NCBI GenBank assembly: GCA_963749655.1
Contig: CAVVOB010000018.1
Location: 1 to 64,000, forward strand
Length of the DNA: 64,000 nucleotides
DNA from: Nitrospirota bacterium
GTDB lineage: Bacteria; Nitrospirota; UBA9217
Direction: 5' to 3'
Position numbers and translations under genes: made by a program. The notes under the pieces are model-generated. The model was not told the DNA's origin. It saw only the letters and a list, made by a program, of their open reading frames with translations, and did not search any database. The stretch's first letter is position 1. The number at the start of each line of letters is the position of its first letter. Positions 54,519-63,135 of this stretch are shown here, piece after piece.

Positions 54519-54943
54519 AGATAGATAGCCAGCGGCGCAACCGCGAGGCAGTAACGCGGATGTTTCAGGGGCTCGTCGCCGACTTCGGAGACGATGCAGG
54601 CGAAGGAATCATTCGACATCTCGTCTCACAAGCCGGCCGGATCAGGATGTACATCCCCGGGCCCGGCCCGGACCCGCTCTTCCGCTGCGGTCCCTGCTTC
54701 CGTCAGCTCTGGAGAAGCACGTGTGAAAAGTTCGGGCGTGAATACGGGCACACGATCATGAATAAAATAATGGCAGAACTCGGCAACCGCCGCGTACGAT
54801 TTCCTGATCATGAATTTCTTTATCGGGCGGAGCGAAACAGAAGGATACGGGATCTTCACGATGGGAATAACCGCAGCGAACTCGCCTTTCGATTTAAACT
54901 CTGTCTGCCGCAAATCCGCAACATCGTGAACGGTAATACATAA
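54515..54943 (+). CDS. Mor/C-family transcription activator
   Basis: RNRRIRDLHDGNNRSELAFRFKL...QIRNIV HTH, preceded by G..R(MYI/VRF)P motifs. Confidence 0.75.
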   Translation: MKIDSQRRNREAVTRMFQGLVADFGDDAGEGIIRHLVSQAGRIRMYIPGPGPDPLFRCGPCFRQLWRSTCEKFGREYGHTIMNKIMAELGNRRVRFPDHEFLYRAERNRRIRDLHDGNNRSELAFRFKLCLPQIRNIVNGNT

Positions 54944-54948
54944 CTTCC

Positions 54949-55935
54949 ATGTCGATCGATCCAGAAGACAGCATGCTGCTTGAAAAGTTTGAGAAGCATA
55001 TACGCATACTCAAAGGGCTCGTTCCATCTTCGGTTCATGCCTATATCAGGCACGTAAAAGAATTTCTTGCATGGCGTGACGGTAACGCTTTGACGGGGCC
55101 AGTCACACGCCAGGACATTGAGAATTTTCTTGAGTGGTGCTATCGACGCGGCAACGGCAATGCCACGCGGATTTCGAAGCTGACGGCCCTGCAGAATTAT
55201 TTTCGTTATCTGGCCTACTCCGGGAAGCTGCCCGACGACCCAACGGCAAACCTCCCGCGCCCGCGATCGAGCCGGCCGTTCATGCTGACGTTCTCGCACG
55301 AAGAGATATTGCGGCTGTTCGGAGCGGTCGACCTGGCGTCCGACAAAGGCCTCCGGGACGCCGTATTCCTGATCCTTGGATCCTTGGCAGGGTTCCGGGT
55401 GAGCGAGATCGTAAATTTCAAGATCGAGCAGGTCCAGGACGACGGCAAGGAGATGGATCTTGTCATACCGAAAACCAAGCGCGGCGCCGGCAGGGTTGTC
55501 TATCTCTGGAAGATGCCTGCCGATTATGTCCGCGCACTGCTTCTTACTCGTCTCAACCAGGGCGCAAAGATCGGGGATCCCCTGCTGACGGGTTATTACA
55601 AAGGCGGCCGCCCGCGCGGAAATCGACCCATGAGCACAAAGGGGCTCGACACCCTGCTTAAAACGCTCGCCAGGCGGGCAAAGATCCGCAAACCCGCTGT
55701 CAAATGCCACATGTTGCGAGGCACGCATGCAAACGACCTGCAGCACGTGAGAGGGTACACCCTTCCCGCAATAATGGAGCGCATGGGCTGGCAGAACCTC
55801 GAGACCGCGGCCCGATACCTCGTTCGGCGAGAGCGCATCCACCGTGAGTGCCGCAGTCTGCACGAATACTGGATCGACCTCGGCCGGGTATGGAGAAAGG
55901 AAGATGCTGCCGCCGATAGCAACCAAGCCGCGTGA
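54949..55935 (+). CDS. Tyrosine recombinase paralogue B (catalytic set intact)
   Basis: GFRVSE, KTK, HMLR, MGW, AARYL. Confidence 0.88.
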   Translation: MSIDPEDSMLLEKFEKHIRILKGLVPSSVHAYIRHVKEFLAWRDGNALTGPVTRQDIENFLEWCYRRGNGNATRISKLTALQNYFRYLAYSGKLPDDPTANLPRPRSSRPFMLTFSHEEILRLFGAVDLASDKGLRDAVFLILGSLAGFRVSEIVNFKIEQVQDDGKEMDLVIPKTKRGAGRVVYLWKMPADYVRALLLTRLNQGAKIGDPLLTGYYKGGRPRGNRPMSTKGLDTLLKTLARRAKIRKPAVKCHMLRGTHANDLQHVRGYTLPAIMERMGWQNLETAARYLVRRERIHRECRSLHEYWIDLGRVWRKEDAAADSNQAA

Positions 55936-56120
55936 GCACATCACGCCACGTCACGACGGTCACGCTGTGTCACGGTCCAAGGTTAAAACATCTCATCACG
56001 ATAGACTAGCAATTCACAAATTCTGATAATTTGTAAATTCGTCGGTTCAGGCTGGATACCCGGTCCACGAGCGATACAGCAGACACTCCGACGCCGCCCG
56101 CAACTCCCCTTACTTTTCTC

Positions 56121-56150
56121 TTGACAATTAGTCTTAATTTTGACTATAAT
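56121..56150 (+). promoter_or_regulatory. Sigma70 promoter with an overlapping palindromic operator
   Basis: TTGACA-N18-TATAAT, containing TAGTC-N8-GACTA; AGGAGG RBS before 56174. Confidence 0.8.
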
Positions 56151-56173
56151 TCCGATTATAGAAAGGAGGAGCC

Positions 56174-56359
56174 ATGTCGCCATTGAAGTTTGTCACCATT
56201 TCCGAATTTAAAGCCAAGGCAACGGCGATCGTAGCCGAAATCGAGAAAACCAAAAGACAGGTAGTCATCACGAAGAACGGCCTGCCGGTGGTCGTGCTCT
56301 CGCCGGCGCTGGAAGATCAATTCGAGTATCTGGAAAAGCCAAAGAAAAAATCAAAGTAA
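56174..56359 (+). CDS. Phd/YefM-family antitoxin-like DNA-binding protein
   Basis: VTISEFKAK....VVITKNGLPVVVL. Confidence 0.85.
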   Translation: MSPLKFVTISEFKAKATAIVAEIEKTKRQVVITKNGLPVVVLSPALEDQFEYLEKPKKKSK

Positions 56360-56389
56360 GGCCCAAGGGCCGGAAAAGGAGAAGAGACC

Positions 56390-56713
56390 ATGAAGATACA
56401 CAAGCTCAAAGAATTGGTGGAAGAACGTAAGAAGGAAAAGAATGCAGTCGCCGAATTGCTTCACGGGGTTAAAAAGACTAACACAGATCCTGATCTGGTG
56501 AATGCTATTCAACTGAGAATGCACGAAATGGATTCCTTCATCCAGGTTATGCATGCGGCCATGGAAAGCGATAACTACGACGAGAGTTTTTATAGGGAGC
56601 ACGTGAGCGGTATGACATGTTTGCTCGAGGAACGATTTAACGATATCCAAATCTTGGTCGACGCGCTCATCCAGGAAAGGACCGAGAAAACGAGAGCACT
56701 GAAACTTGCGTAG
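56390..56713 (+). CDS. Hypothetical helical protein
   Basis: 107-aa ORF with an AGGAG RBS. Confidence 0.55.
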   Translation: MKIHKLKELVEERKKEKNAVAELLHGVKKTNTDPDLVNAIQLRMHEMDSFIQVMHAAMESDNYDESFYREHVSGMTCLLEERFNDIQILVDALIQERTEKTRALKLA

Positions 56714-56782
56714 CTATGACCGTAACGAGGGGCAATTCTTCGAAACCATAATGAGAACAATTTCTATAGGAGACTAAATCAC

Positions 56783-56983
56783 ATGAAAAAGGAAATAATC
56801 AGCGCAAAGACCATCTCGATAACCATTGCTGGAAAAAACGAGCATGACATCGATGAAACCATGGAAAGCTTTTTCGAGATAGTTCGCAGGAAAGTCAAAC
56901 GCGGCCATCATATGATGAAGCCGAAGAAGATCGGGGCAGCAAGGGGCTATTTCGATGTCGTGGAATACGCAAGACACGTTTGA
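56783..56983 (+). CDS. Hypothetical protein
   Basis: 66-aa ORF with an AGGAG RBS. Confidence 0.5.
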   Translation: MKKEIISAKTISITIAGKNEHDIDETMESFFEIVRRKVKRGHHMMKPKKIGAARGYFDVVEYARHV

Positions 56984-57049
56984 AGAGACGGCAACTCTTC
57001 ATATTAGTACTGCCGGCGACGAATCGCGTAAGGACAGGGAGGTCATGCC

Positions 57050-57745
57050 ATGAATATCGTGCTCGCGAATTACGGAATGCCGAAGACGGAATTTAAAGGC
57101 CTGTATGGCCCGGACAACCGACCGCTGCCGTCGATCGCAGCGGAAAAGCCGAAGCCGGTCAAGAGGGTGTACGTGGTTCGGTTTTTCTCATACGAAGCCG
57201 AGAACAGGCTGCTTAGACTCCTGGACAGTCTCAAAGGCGATCATCCGGCGCGAGATCTGATGATCATGGAACTGGGCTTCGGCACCGGGCTGCGCATTGC
57301 GGAGGTCGGCAGGCTTACCGTGGGCCACGTCCGCAACCAGGAGGACCTGACGGTTGTCTGCAAGGGCAGCAAGGAGCGCGTGCTCCCCATCAGCAAGCAC
57401 CTGCAGCGCAGGATCAAGGATTTCATCAAGCGAAAGCTGATCTGGGGCGAGAGCATCCGGGACGATGCCCCGCTTTTCGTATCGCAGATGGACGGGCCAT
57501 TGTCACGGCGCAGCATGCAGGAGATGTTCGAGAAATGGTGCAAGCGGGCCGGGCTCACGGCCGCGAACGGCAAGGCGGCCTACACGTTCCACTGCATGAG
57601 GCACACTTTCGCCATGCGGCTCAGGGAGCGCGGCTACACGATCGAGAAGGTGGCCGAGATGCTCGGGCACTCGTCAATCGAATCCACGCGGAAGTATTTC
57701 CGGATGACCATGGAAGAAATGCGCGAGGCGGTGAATTCGTTGTAA
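57050..57745 (+). CDS. Tyrosine recombinase C (catalytic domain only)
   Basis: TGLRIAEV, CKGSKER, FHCMRHTFA, LGHSSI.ST..Y; GGAGG RBS. Confidence 0.9.
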   Translation: MNIVLANYGMPKTEFKGLYGPDNRPLPSIAAEKPKPVKRVYVVRFFSYEAENRLLRLLDSLKGDHPARDLMIMELGFGTGLRIAEVGRLTVGHVRNQEDLTVVCKGSKERVLPISKHLQRRIKDFIKRKLIWGESIRDDAPLFVSQMDGPLSRRSMQEMFEKWCKRAGLTAANGKAAYTFHCMRHTFAMRLRERGYTIEKVAEMLGHSSIESTRKYFRMTMEEMREAVNSL

Positions 57746-57821
57746 AACATGCCCGTGAAGTTCATCAAGCTGTTGCAGATGCAGACGCATAACCCGTCGG
57801 GCAAGGCAGAAGGAGGGTAAC

Positions 57822-58242
57822 ATGAAAAGCGAGCTTACGATATCGGAGACCGAGCTAGAGGAGTGTCGTGTTTGGAAGCGTAAAACCGTGACTCGAATTT
57901 TTGAGATGGAACAGTTGGGCTGTCTTCGAGGATTTCATAAAACGTATGCTCAAGGATGTCCGAACGCCGGCAATGTACAAAGGGAATGCGCTGGATATTA
58001 GCGCCCTTTTAAGTCTAACCTCCTGGTATAGAGAACTTGCCCCTTATGCGCTGCCTAACGGAGAAGCGCTTGACTTCACACGCGCTGAGATCGAAGAATA
58101 TTTCGGAGAGCCCGTCGACTGGCTTTGGTTTTGCGGCATGAAAGAGGATCAAAGGGGCACCCTACCGCCAATCTATTTTTTCAGAAACTATGACAAAGCG
58201 GCAGCCATTCATAAAATCGATCTACAAGCCACTACTGACTGA
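57822..58242 (+). CDS. Hypothetical protein (probable frameshift at the T-tract near 57900)
   Basis: AGGAGG RBS plus ATG at 57822; ORF 57901..58242 continues in another frame. Confidence 0.4.
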
Positions 58243-58312
58243 ACCACGTCAATTATCGCAGCACGAGAATTCATAAGTTCAAGTCGCCGGTTCCCAGGGA
58301 CAAATAAATCGC

Positions 58313-58341
58313 TTGACACATGTAACCATAAAGGTTACACT
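58313..58341 (+). promoter_or_regulatory. higBA promoter/operator
   Basis: TTGACA followed by the palindrome TGTAACC-ATAAA-GGTTACA over the spacer and -10 region. Confidence 0.7.
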
Positions 58342-58349
58342 ATGAATAG

Positions 58350-58628
58350 ATGATAAAATCCTTCATCCACAAGGGACTAGAAAACTTCTTTTTCGACGGT
58401 ACGAAGAAAGGGATTCTGGCCGCCCATGCTCAGAAGCTCGCGGACATTCTGGATAGACTCGATGCCTCGCAAGCCGTGGAAGACATGAGATACCCCGGTT
58501 CGGACCTGCATCCATTGAAAGGCCAACTGAAAGGTTCTTGGGCGGTAAAGGTTTCCGGGAACTGGCGGGTTGTCTTCACCTTCAAAGAAGGCAACGCCTA
58601 TGACGTGAATTATCTTGATTATCATTAA
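58350..58628 (+). CDS. higB: HigB (RelE-like) toxin
   Basis: MIKSFIHKGLE.FF, LHPLKG, VSGNWRVVF.F, DYH. Confidence 0.93.
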   Translation: MIKSFIHKGLENFFFDGTKKGILAAHAQKLADILDRLDASQAVEDMRYPGSDLHPLKGQLKGSWAVKVSGNWRVVFTFKEGNAYDVNYLDYH

Positions 58629-58639
58629 GAGGTGAAAAC

Positions 58640-58933
58640 ATGAGAACGCGAAAGAGAATACCCACTCATCCGGGTGGAATTTTGAAAAGGCAGTATCTGG
58701 ATCCGTTGTCCCTGACGGTTTCTGATCTCGCCGGGACGCTGGGCGTGTCTCGCAAGACTCTTTCAAAAATCGTGAACGAACGCGGCGCCGTAACCCCCGA
58801 CATGGCGCTTCGTCTCTCCAAGGCGTTCAACACGACCCCAGAGCTGTGGCTCACCCTCCAGCGCAATTTCGATTTATGGGAAGCCGCGCATAAGTCGAAC
58901 GACTGGAAGATGATAGAGGCGATAGCAGTTTAA
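58640..58933 (+). CDS. higA: HigA antitoxin
   Basis: PTHPGGIL, LGVSRKTLSKIVN, TPDMALRLS, WLTLQ..FDLW. Confidence 0.93.
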   Translation: MRTRKRIPTHPGGILKRQYLDPLSLTVSDLAGTLGVSRKTLSKIVNERGAVTPDMALRLSKAFNTTPELWLTLQRNFDLWEAAHKSNDWKMIEAIAV

Positions 58934-59009
58934 CCGGCATAACGCAATCGATGCCGAACCAGGTTCACTCTTTACCGCACCTCTAAAAACCAAAGTACGG
59001 AGGTTGAGC

Positions 59010-59537
59010 ATGAGCAAGAATCTTAGAATTGCCCTGATCGTTTTCGTTTTATTGGTGTTCTGCATGGGTTTCTATTTTTCCCCGTACCTGGCAGTCCATA
59101 ACATGAGGAACGCGGCCGCCGGCAACGATGGGGAGGCATTATCCGGGTATGTTGATTTTCCGCTGCTGCGGGAAAGTCTGAAAGCGAACTTCAACGCCAA
59201 GTTGGTGAGCGAGGCGGCAAAGAATAAGAATCCGTTCGAAACATTTGGATCCGCCCTGGCCATGGCCATGATCGGCCCGATGGTCGACGCGATGGTCACG
59301 CCGGAAAGCGTGGCCATGATGATGAAAGGGAAAAAGCCGAAACTGTCCCCACCGGGCGATAAACCGGCGGTCCAGGAGAAACCGGAAGCGGATAATACCG
59401 AAACGTCCATGGCGTACCGCGGATTGAACAAATTCGTCTTGAGCATCAGACAAAAAGACAAGACAGATGAACCGATCGAACTCATATTTCGGAGGAACAC
59501 GCTATTTTTCTGGAAGCTGTCCAGCTTGAGAATGTAA
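59010..59537 (+). CDS. DUF2939-like exported protein
   Basis: TM helix, SPYLA, YVDFP.LRESLK, VDAMVTPE, WKL. Confidence 0.75.
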   Translation: MSKNLRIALIVFVLLVFCMGFYFSPYLAVHNMRNAAAGNDGEALSGYVDFPLLRESLKANFNAKLVSEAAKNKNPFETFGSALAMAMIGPMVDAMVTPESVAMMMKGKKPKLSPPGDKPAVQEKPEADNTETSMAYRGLNKFVLSIRQKDKTDEPIELIFRRNTLFFWKLSSLRM

Positions 59538-59571
59538 ACTGGGCCCGGGCGCCCGCACGGAGGGCGAAGAG

Positions 59572-60699
59572 ATGAAAAAAAGCAAAAAATGGAGCACTAA
59601 GAATCATGATAATGATAGATTCTTCCTTTCCGAACGGGAAGATGAGATACTTCTCCAAGAGAAACGCCTCAATGAAATTGGAGGATATGGTTCTGACAAT
59701 CATGATTGGATAGCTGAGTACGAAGAAGAACTTCGTAAAAAGAAGGAGCACTTAAAAAATGAATGCCCCTATCTAAGAAAGTTATCCCCAAAACTTTTAC
59801 CCCATGGTGGAACTTATGAGGTAGACTCGTTTGACGAACGGTACCGGTTGTCGTTTGCGCGCTTTGGTCGAGGAGAAAAAGAATGGTCAGCAGGAAATCC
59901 TCGTTTCATGTTTTTTTATTTTATCGATAAGCAGAAGACAAAATATGAAGAGTGGTTAAGCTTTGAGGAAGTACTGGCACAGGTCAACCAAGATATTCTT
60001 AAAGGGGTCTATGATAAACCGCACCCCCAAGACTACCTGGCTATGCGCGCATTAAACCTATATGAGGATTGTAGCTACCTTGGTGGACGAGCATCTGCTG
60101 CTTGGCTGAAACATTATAACGAAAAAATGGATGAGCTGGTCATTCACGCTTTTTATTCACTACCTTCACTCAGCCAATCGCAAAAACCAGGCATCAAGTT
60201 ATTAATACAGCACTATGACAAACGCCGCGGGCAAATGTTTGACAGTAATCCTGCAGTGAGACACGATGCTGCACTTTTTTGGGAAGGGCTTTTACATTGG
60301 AATGATAGATACAATAAAAGCATATTCCCCAAGCGTCTGTTTATAACAGGTCTCGTGCATTTTTTATTGCCGATTGCCTGGAACCTGAAAGACAAATATT
60401 TGCAGCAATTCCCCAAGGACAAGAAAACGATCAATCGACCCGTGAAGCCCGTTGAGCTGAGGTGCTGGAGAACCAAAGTTAAGACCCTGGACCCTCGCCT
60501 AATTCAGCTAGAAGATGCAGACCAGTTGAAGCATCTCGTGCCGGAAGAGCCAAAATACTATATCGAACAGCATCTCCTCCCTGCGTTTTTCAAACTCTTC
60601 GAATTTAAAAAGACCTCAGCAGGATTCAGCGACGAACAGCTGATTGCGAAGGCAAGACGGGCTATCAAAGACAGAATAATCGCTGAAAAAAGGATCTAA
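59572..60699 (+). CDS. Hypothetical protein, AT-rich
   Basis: 375-aa uninterrupted ORF with no recognised motif. Confidence 0.65.
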   Translation: MKKSKKWSTKNHDNDRFFLSEREDEILLQEKRLNEIGGYGSDNHDWIAEYEEELRKKKEHLKNECPYLRKLSPKLLPHGGTYEVDSFDERYRLSFARFGRGEKEWSAGNPRFMFFYFIDKQKTKYEEWLSFEEVLAQVNQDILKGVYDKPHPQDYLAMRALNLYEDCSYLGGRASAAWLKHYNEKMDELVIHAFYSLPSLSQSQKPGIKLLIQHYDKRRGQMFDSNPAVRHDAALFWEGLLHWNDRYNKSIFPKRLFITGLVHFLLPIAWNLKDKYLQQFPKDKKTINRPVKPVELRCWRTKVKTLDPRLIQLEDADQLKHLVPEEPKYYIEQHLLPAFFKLFEFKKTSAGFSDEQLIAKARRAIKDRIIAEKRI

Positions 60700-60895
60700 A
60701 CGATCCTTCCTACCCCCCCTACAGGTGAGCAGATGTAAACTCCTCACCAAGCACCCCCTACCATTTTCGGATGAGTTCGTTTATGCTCATGGCAGATAAT
60801 TTATCGCCATGAGAGAGACCACGGCACAACAACAATTTACGATCGGCCTACTGTTCAACCCGTCACGGGGACCTGAGCAATGCCGTTAATCATCG

Positions 60896-60959
60896 AGCCG
60901 AAGGGACCGCCCGGCAACCGTCACACGACGGAGCTGCTGGGTCACCCTTCGGCTTTTTT
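60896..60959 (+). terminator. Long terminator-like hairpin within a structured leader
   Basis: AGCCGAAGGG/CCCTTCGGCT outer stem, inner CCCGGCA/TGCTGGG and CCGTC/GACGG stems, then a T-tract. Confidence 0.7.
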
Positions 60960-61086
60960 GTGTGGATGATCGAGGGGCTGGTGGTTGGCCAAAAGCTCTC
61001 GCGCCCAATTCCATTGCGAGTGTCCTCCTCCGGCTGTCAGCCTCTCGATGATTCATTGAGTCGCTAATCGAAAGGAGAATCGAACG

Positions 61087-61494
61087 ATGATGAAAGAACT
61101 CAGAGAACTCATGAGTAAATTCCTGGAACTGCAAGTACGTTTCGCCGAAACATCTGCTGTGAATGATCATAAGGTCGCTCAGTTGGAGGCGCGAATTGCC
61201 GAACTCACCCCCCTGGCATCTTACGGGCGGCAGTTTCACGGCCATTTGGTCGAAAAATTCATACAGAGCAAGAAGTTATTGGACGAAGTTGCATCCGGGC
61301 TGGAGGAGACCTTAAAAAAGACGGTCGCAGAATGGCCGATCTACATTTTGCAAAAGGAGGTTGAGCTTCTCGAGAAGCGCGTATCCGAGAAAGTCATTGT
61401 ACGTGCAGGGGCCAGCCTTTTACGCCCCAAAACCACGATCGAAAGGCAACTTGTGCGAACGAAGCGAAAAAATCCCCTTCGTTCGAAGCGCTGA
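61087..61494 (+). CDS. Hypothetical coiled-coil protein (possibly capsid-scaffold-like)
   Basis: AAGGAG RBS; heptad-like helices; scaffold role is inference only. Confidence 0.5.
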   Translation: MMKELRELMSKFLELQVRFAETSAVNDHKVAQLEARIAELTPLASYGRQFHGHLVEKFIQSKKLLDEVASGLEETLKKTVAEWPIYILQKEVELLEKRVSEKVIVRAGASLLRPKTTIERQLVRTKRKNPLRSKR

Positions 61495-61522
61495 GACAAA
61501 TAATTCGTAAAGGAGTTCCGTT

Positions 61523-61828
61523 ATGAATGACCGGAAAGTCGTCGCGGCTCTGCCCGCCATTACAGACTCACATCTCATGACGTATCTTGAGAGCCAAGGC
61601 GTCCCGTTCAAGGCACAGATACTGGAAATCGAATGTCCAGGCAAGGTAACGGTGGGCTTCATAGTTCCTGATGATGCAAGGACAATGAAGCTCATCACTC
61701 AATATGAATCGAACTGCTTGACGCCTGTCATGGATTATGTTGCGGCAGAAAAGCGTATTAAAGATGTCATCATGCCGTTGGTTCGGTCGGCCAAAATGGG
61801 CAGATGCGTCCCCGTAAGAAATTTATGA
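61523..61828 (+). CDS. Hypothetical protein
   Basis: AAGGAG RBS, 101 aa. Confidence 0.55.
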   Translation: MNDRKVVAALPAITDSHLMTYLESQGVPFKAQILEIECPGKVTVGFIVPDDARTMKLITQYESNCLTPVMDYVAAEKRIKDVIMPLVRSAKMGRCVPVRNL

Positions 61829-61988
61829 ATTGGAGGGGGCGAGTGATGTTCTGTGGCTCCTAACCATAGCGAGCCTCACAGGGGCTTGCCGAGCCTAAAA
61901 GCTACCTCCTGTTCCTCCGTCGGCCGCCAATCCTAAACGGAGGTTGGTTCGGCCGGCTCCTGTGACGCTCGACGGTCAAGACGAACGT

Positions 61989-62180
61989 ATGATAAAAGAC
62001 TGGCTGAAAGATATCTGTTTCGACGGTGAAAGCATCCTGGTCCAGGGCACAGCAGCCGAGGTCCCGGCCGGTAAAACGCTGACTTTATATAAAAGCGACG
62101 GAGTATCCGTGCTCCAGACCTTCAACCTCAGCGAAGCCACCAGAACCGCACGCGCATTCATTGGAAGGACTCCGGCATGA
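61989..62180 (+). CDS. Small phage-like hypothetical protein
   Basis: TLTLYKSDGVSVLQTFNL segment; ATGA overlap with the next gene. Confidence 0.4.
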   Translation: MIKDWLKDICFDGESILVQGTAAEVPAGKTLTLYKSDGVSVLQTFNLSEATRTARAFIGRTPA

Positions 62181-62539
62181 GCCTTATAGGGGAAGGCCTC
62201 GGCGGCCGCCAGCTCATTCTTCAAGGCCTCGGCGAATCAGTGCAATCCACGTCCGGATCGATCCAATCCCGCCAGCAGTCCAGCGGAACCGGCTACGTCG
62301 GCGACCAGATCGTTATTCCCCAGGGCGGCTTCGGCACTTTCCGTGGCGCATTCGGCGGCCGGTCGATATCGGTTCCAAAGCCCGTCATCATCGGAGTCGG
62401 TCATTCCATACAGAACCGCCAGCTATCCGACGCTGATGGAACATTCCAGGGGATGGGTTTAGGGGTAGGCGACTTCACCGAAGACGAAGTGATCGCGATG
62501 CTAATGATGGCGGCAGCAGAAGACCACGCTTTATTTTAG
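62177..62539 (+). CDS. Gly-rich phage-like hypothetical protein
   Basis: LIGEGLGGRQLILQGLG N-terminus, EDEVIAMLMM C-terminus. Confidence 0.5.
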   Translation: MSLIGEGLGGRQLILQGLGESVQSTSGSIQSRQQSSGTGYVGDQIVIPQGGFGTFRGAFGGRSISVPKPVIIGVGHSIQNRQLSDADGTFQGMGLGVGDFTEDEVIAMLMMAAAEDHALF

Positions 62540-62548
62540 GAGAGAAAA

Positions 62549-63055
62549 ATGAACAATCCAAAATTCGAACAAGCAGTCAAGTCATTCCGCCAGGCCGTAG
62601 AAGCCGAGGGTGTGCGCCAGGGCATGAAAAAGAAGAGCCTTGACAGATTGGCTGAACTCCAACGTAAAGAAGCCGAGCAACGTGACATCTTCGCCTCGGT
62701 CGAAAAAGAGACTGTTGTAATCGCGGGACGATGTGCGCTTGGGGATTACCCAGAAAGAGAGCTCGACTCCGCAGTTTCACGAAGGAGAGACGCGGCGGAC
62801 GCCTTGGCGTCCACGCAAATGATGATCAAATGCATTGAGCAAGACCTTCCCAAGTTGGAACCCGATCCAAGAAAAGATCCGCCGCTTGAGGAGGCTCGGT
62901 CTTCTTTTTTTAAGGAGGTGTTCGAGATCACACGCGCTGAATTACTCAGCACGCTCCCGCAACTGCATTTCGCTTTCGTTGCACGATGCATGGCTACCGG
63001 CATACTGAACCCCACCAGCGATATTGACTGGCACCTCTTTTTGAGGACGCTCTGA
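62549..63055 (+). CDS. Hypothetical helical protein
   Basis: AGGAG RBS, 168 aa; the 3' end may be frameshifted. Confidence 0.5.
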   Translation: MNNPKFEQAVKSFRQAVEAEGVRQGMKKKSLDRLAELQRKEAEQRDIFASVEKETVVIAGRCALGDYPERELDSAVSRRRDAADALASTQMMIKCIEQDLPKLEPDPRKDPPLEEARSSFFKEVFEITRAELLSTLPQLHFAFVARCMATGILNPTSDIDWHLFLRTL

Positions 63056-63135
63056 GTTCCCGGCTCCGACCCGCGAAGAACGCGAGCGCATCGCTGCACA
63101 AATCCAGAATCTTATTCGTTGATGGAGGGCCCTTA

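Noticed and set aside
53541-57745. RIT element (recombinases in trio)
   Set aside because: The three recombinases are not adjacent and overlapping, are interrupted by other genes, and no flanking terminal inverted repeats were seen.
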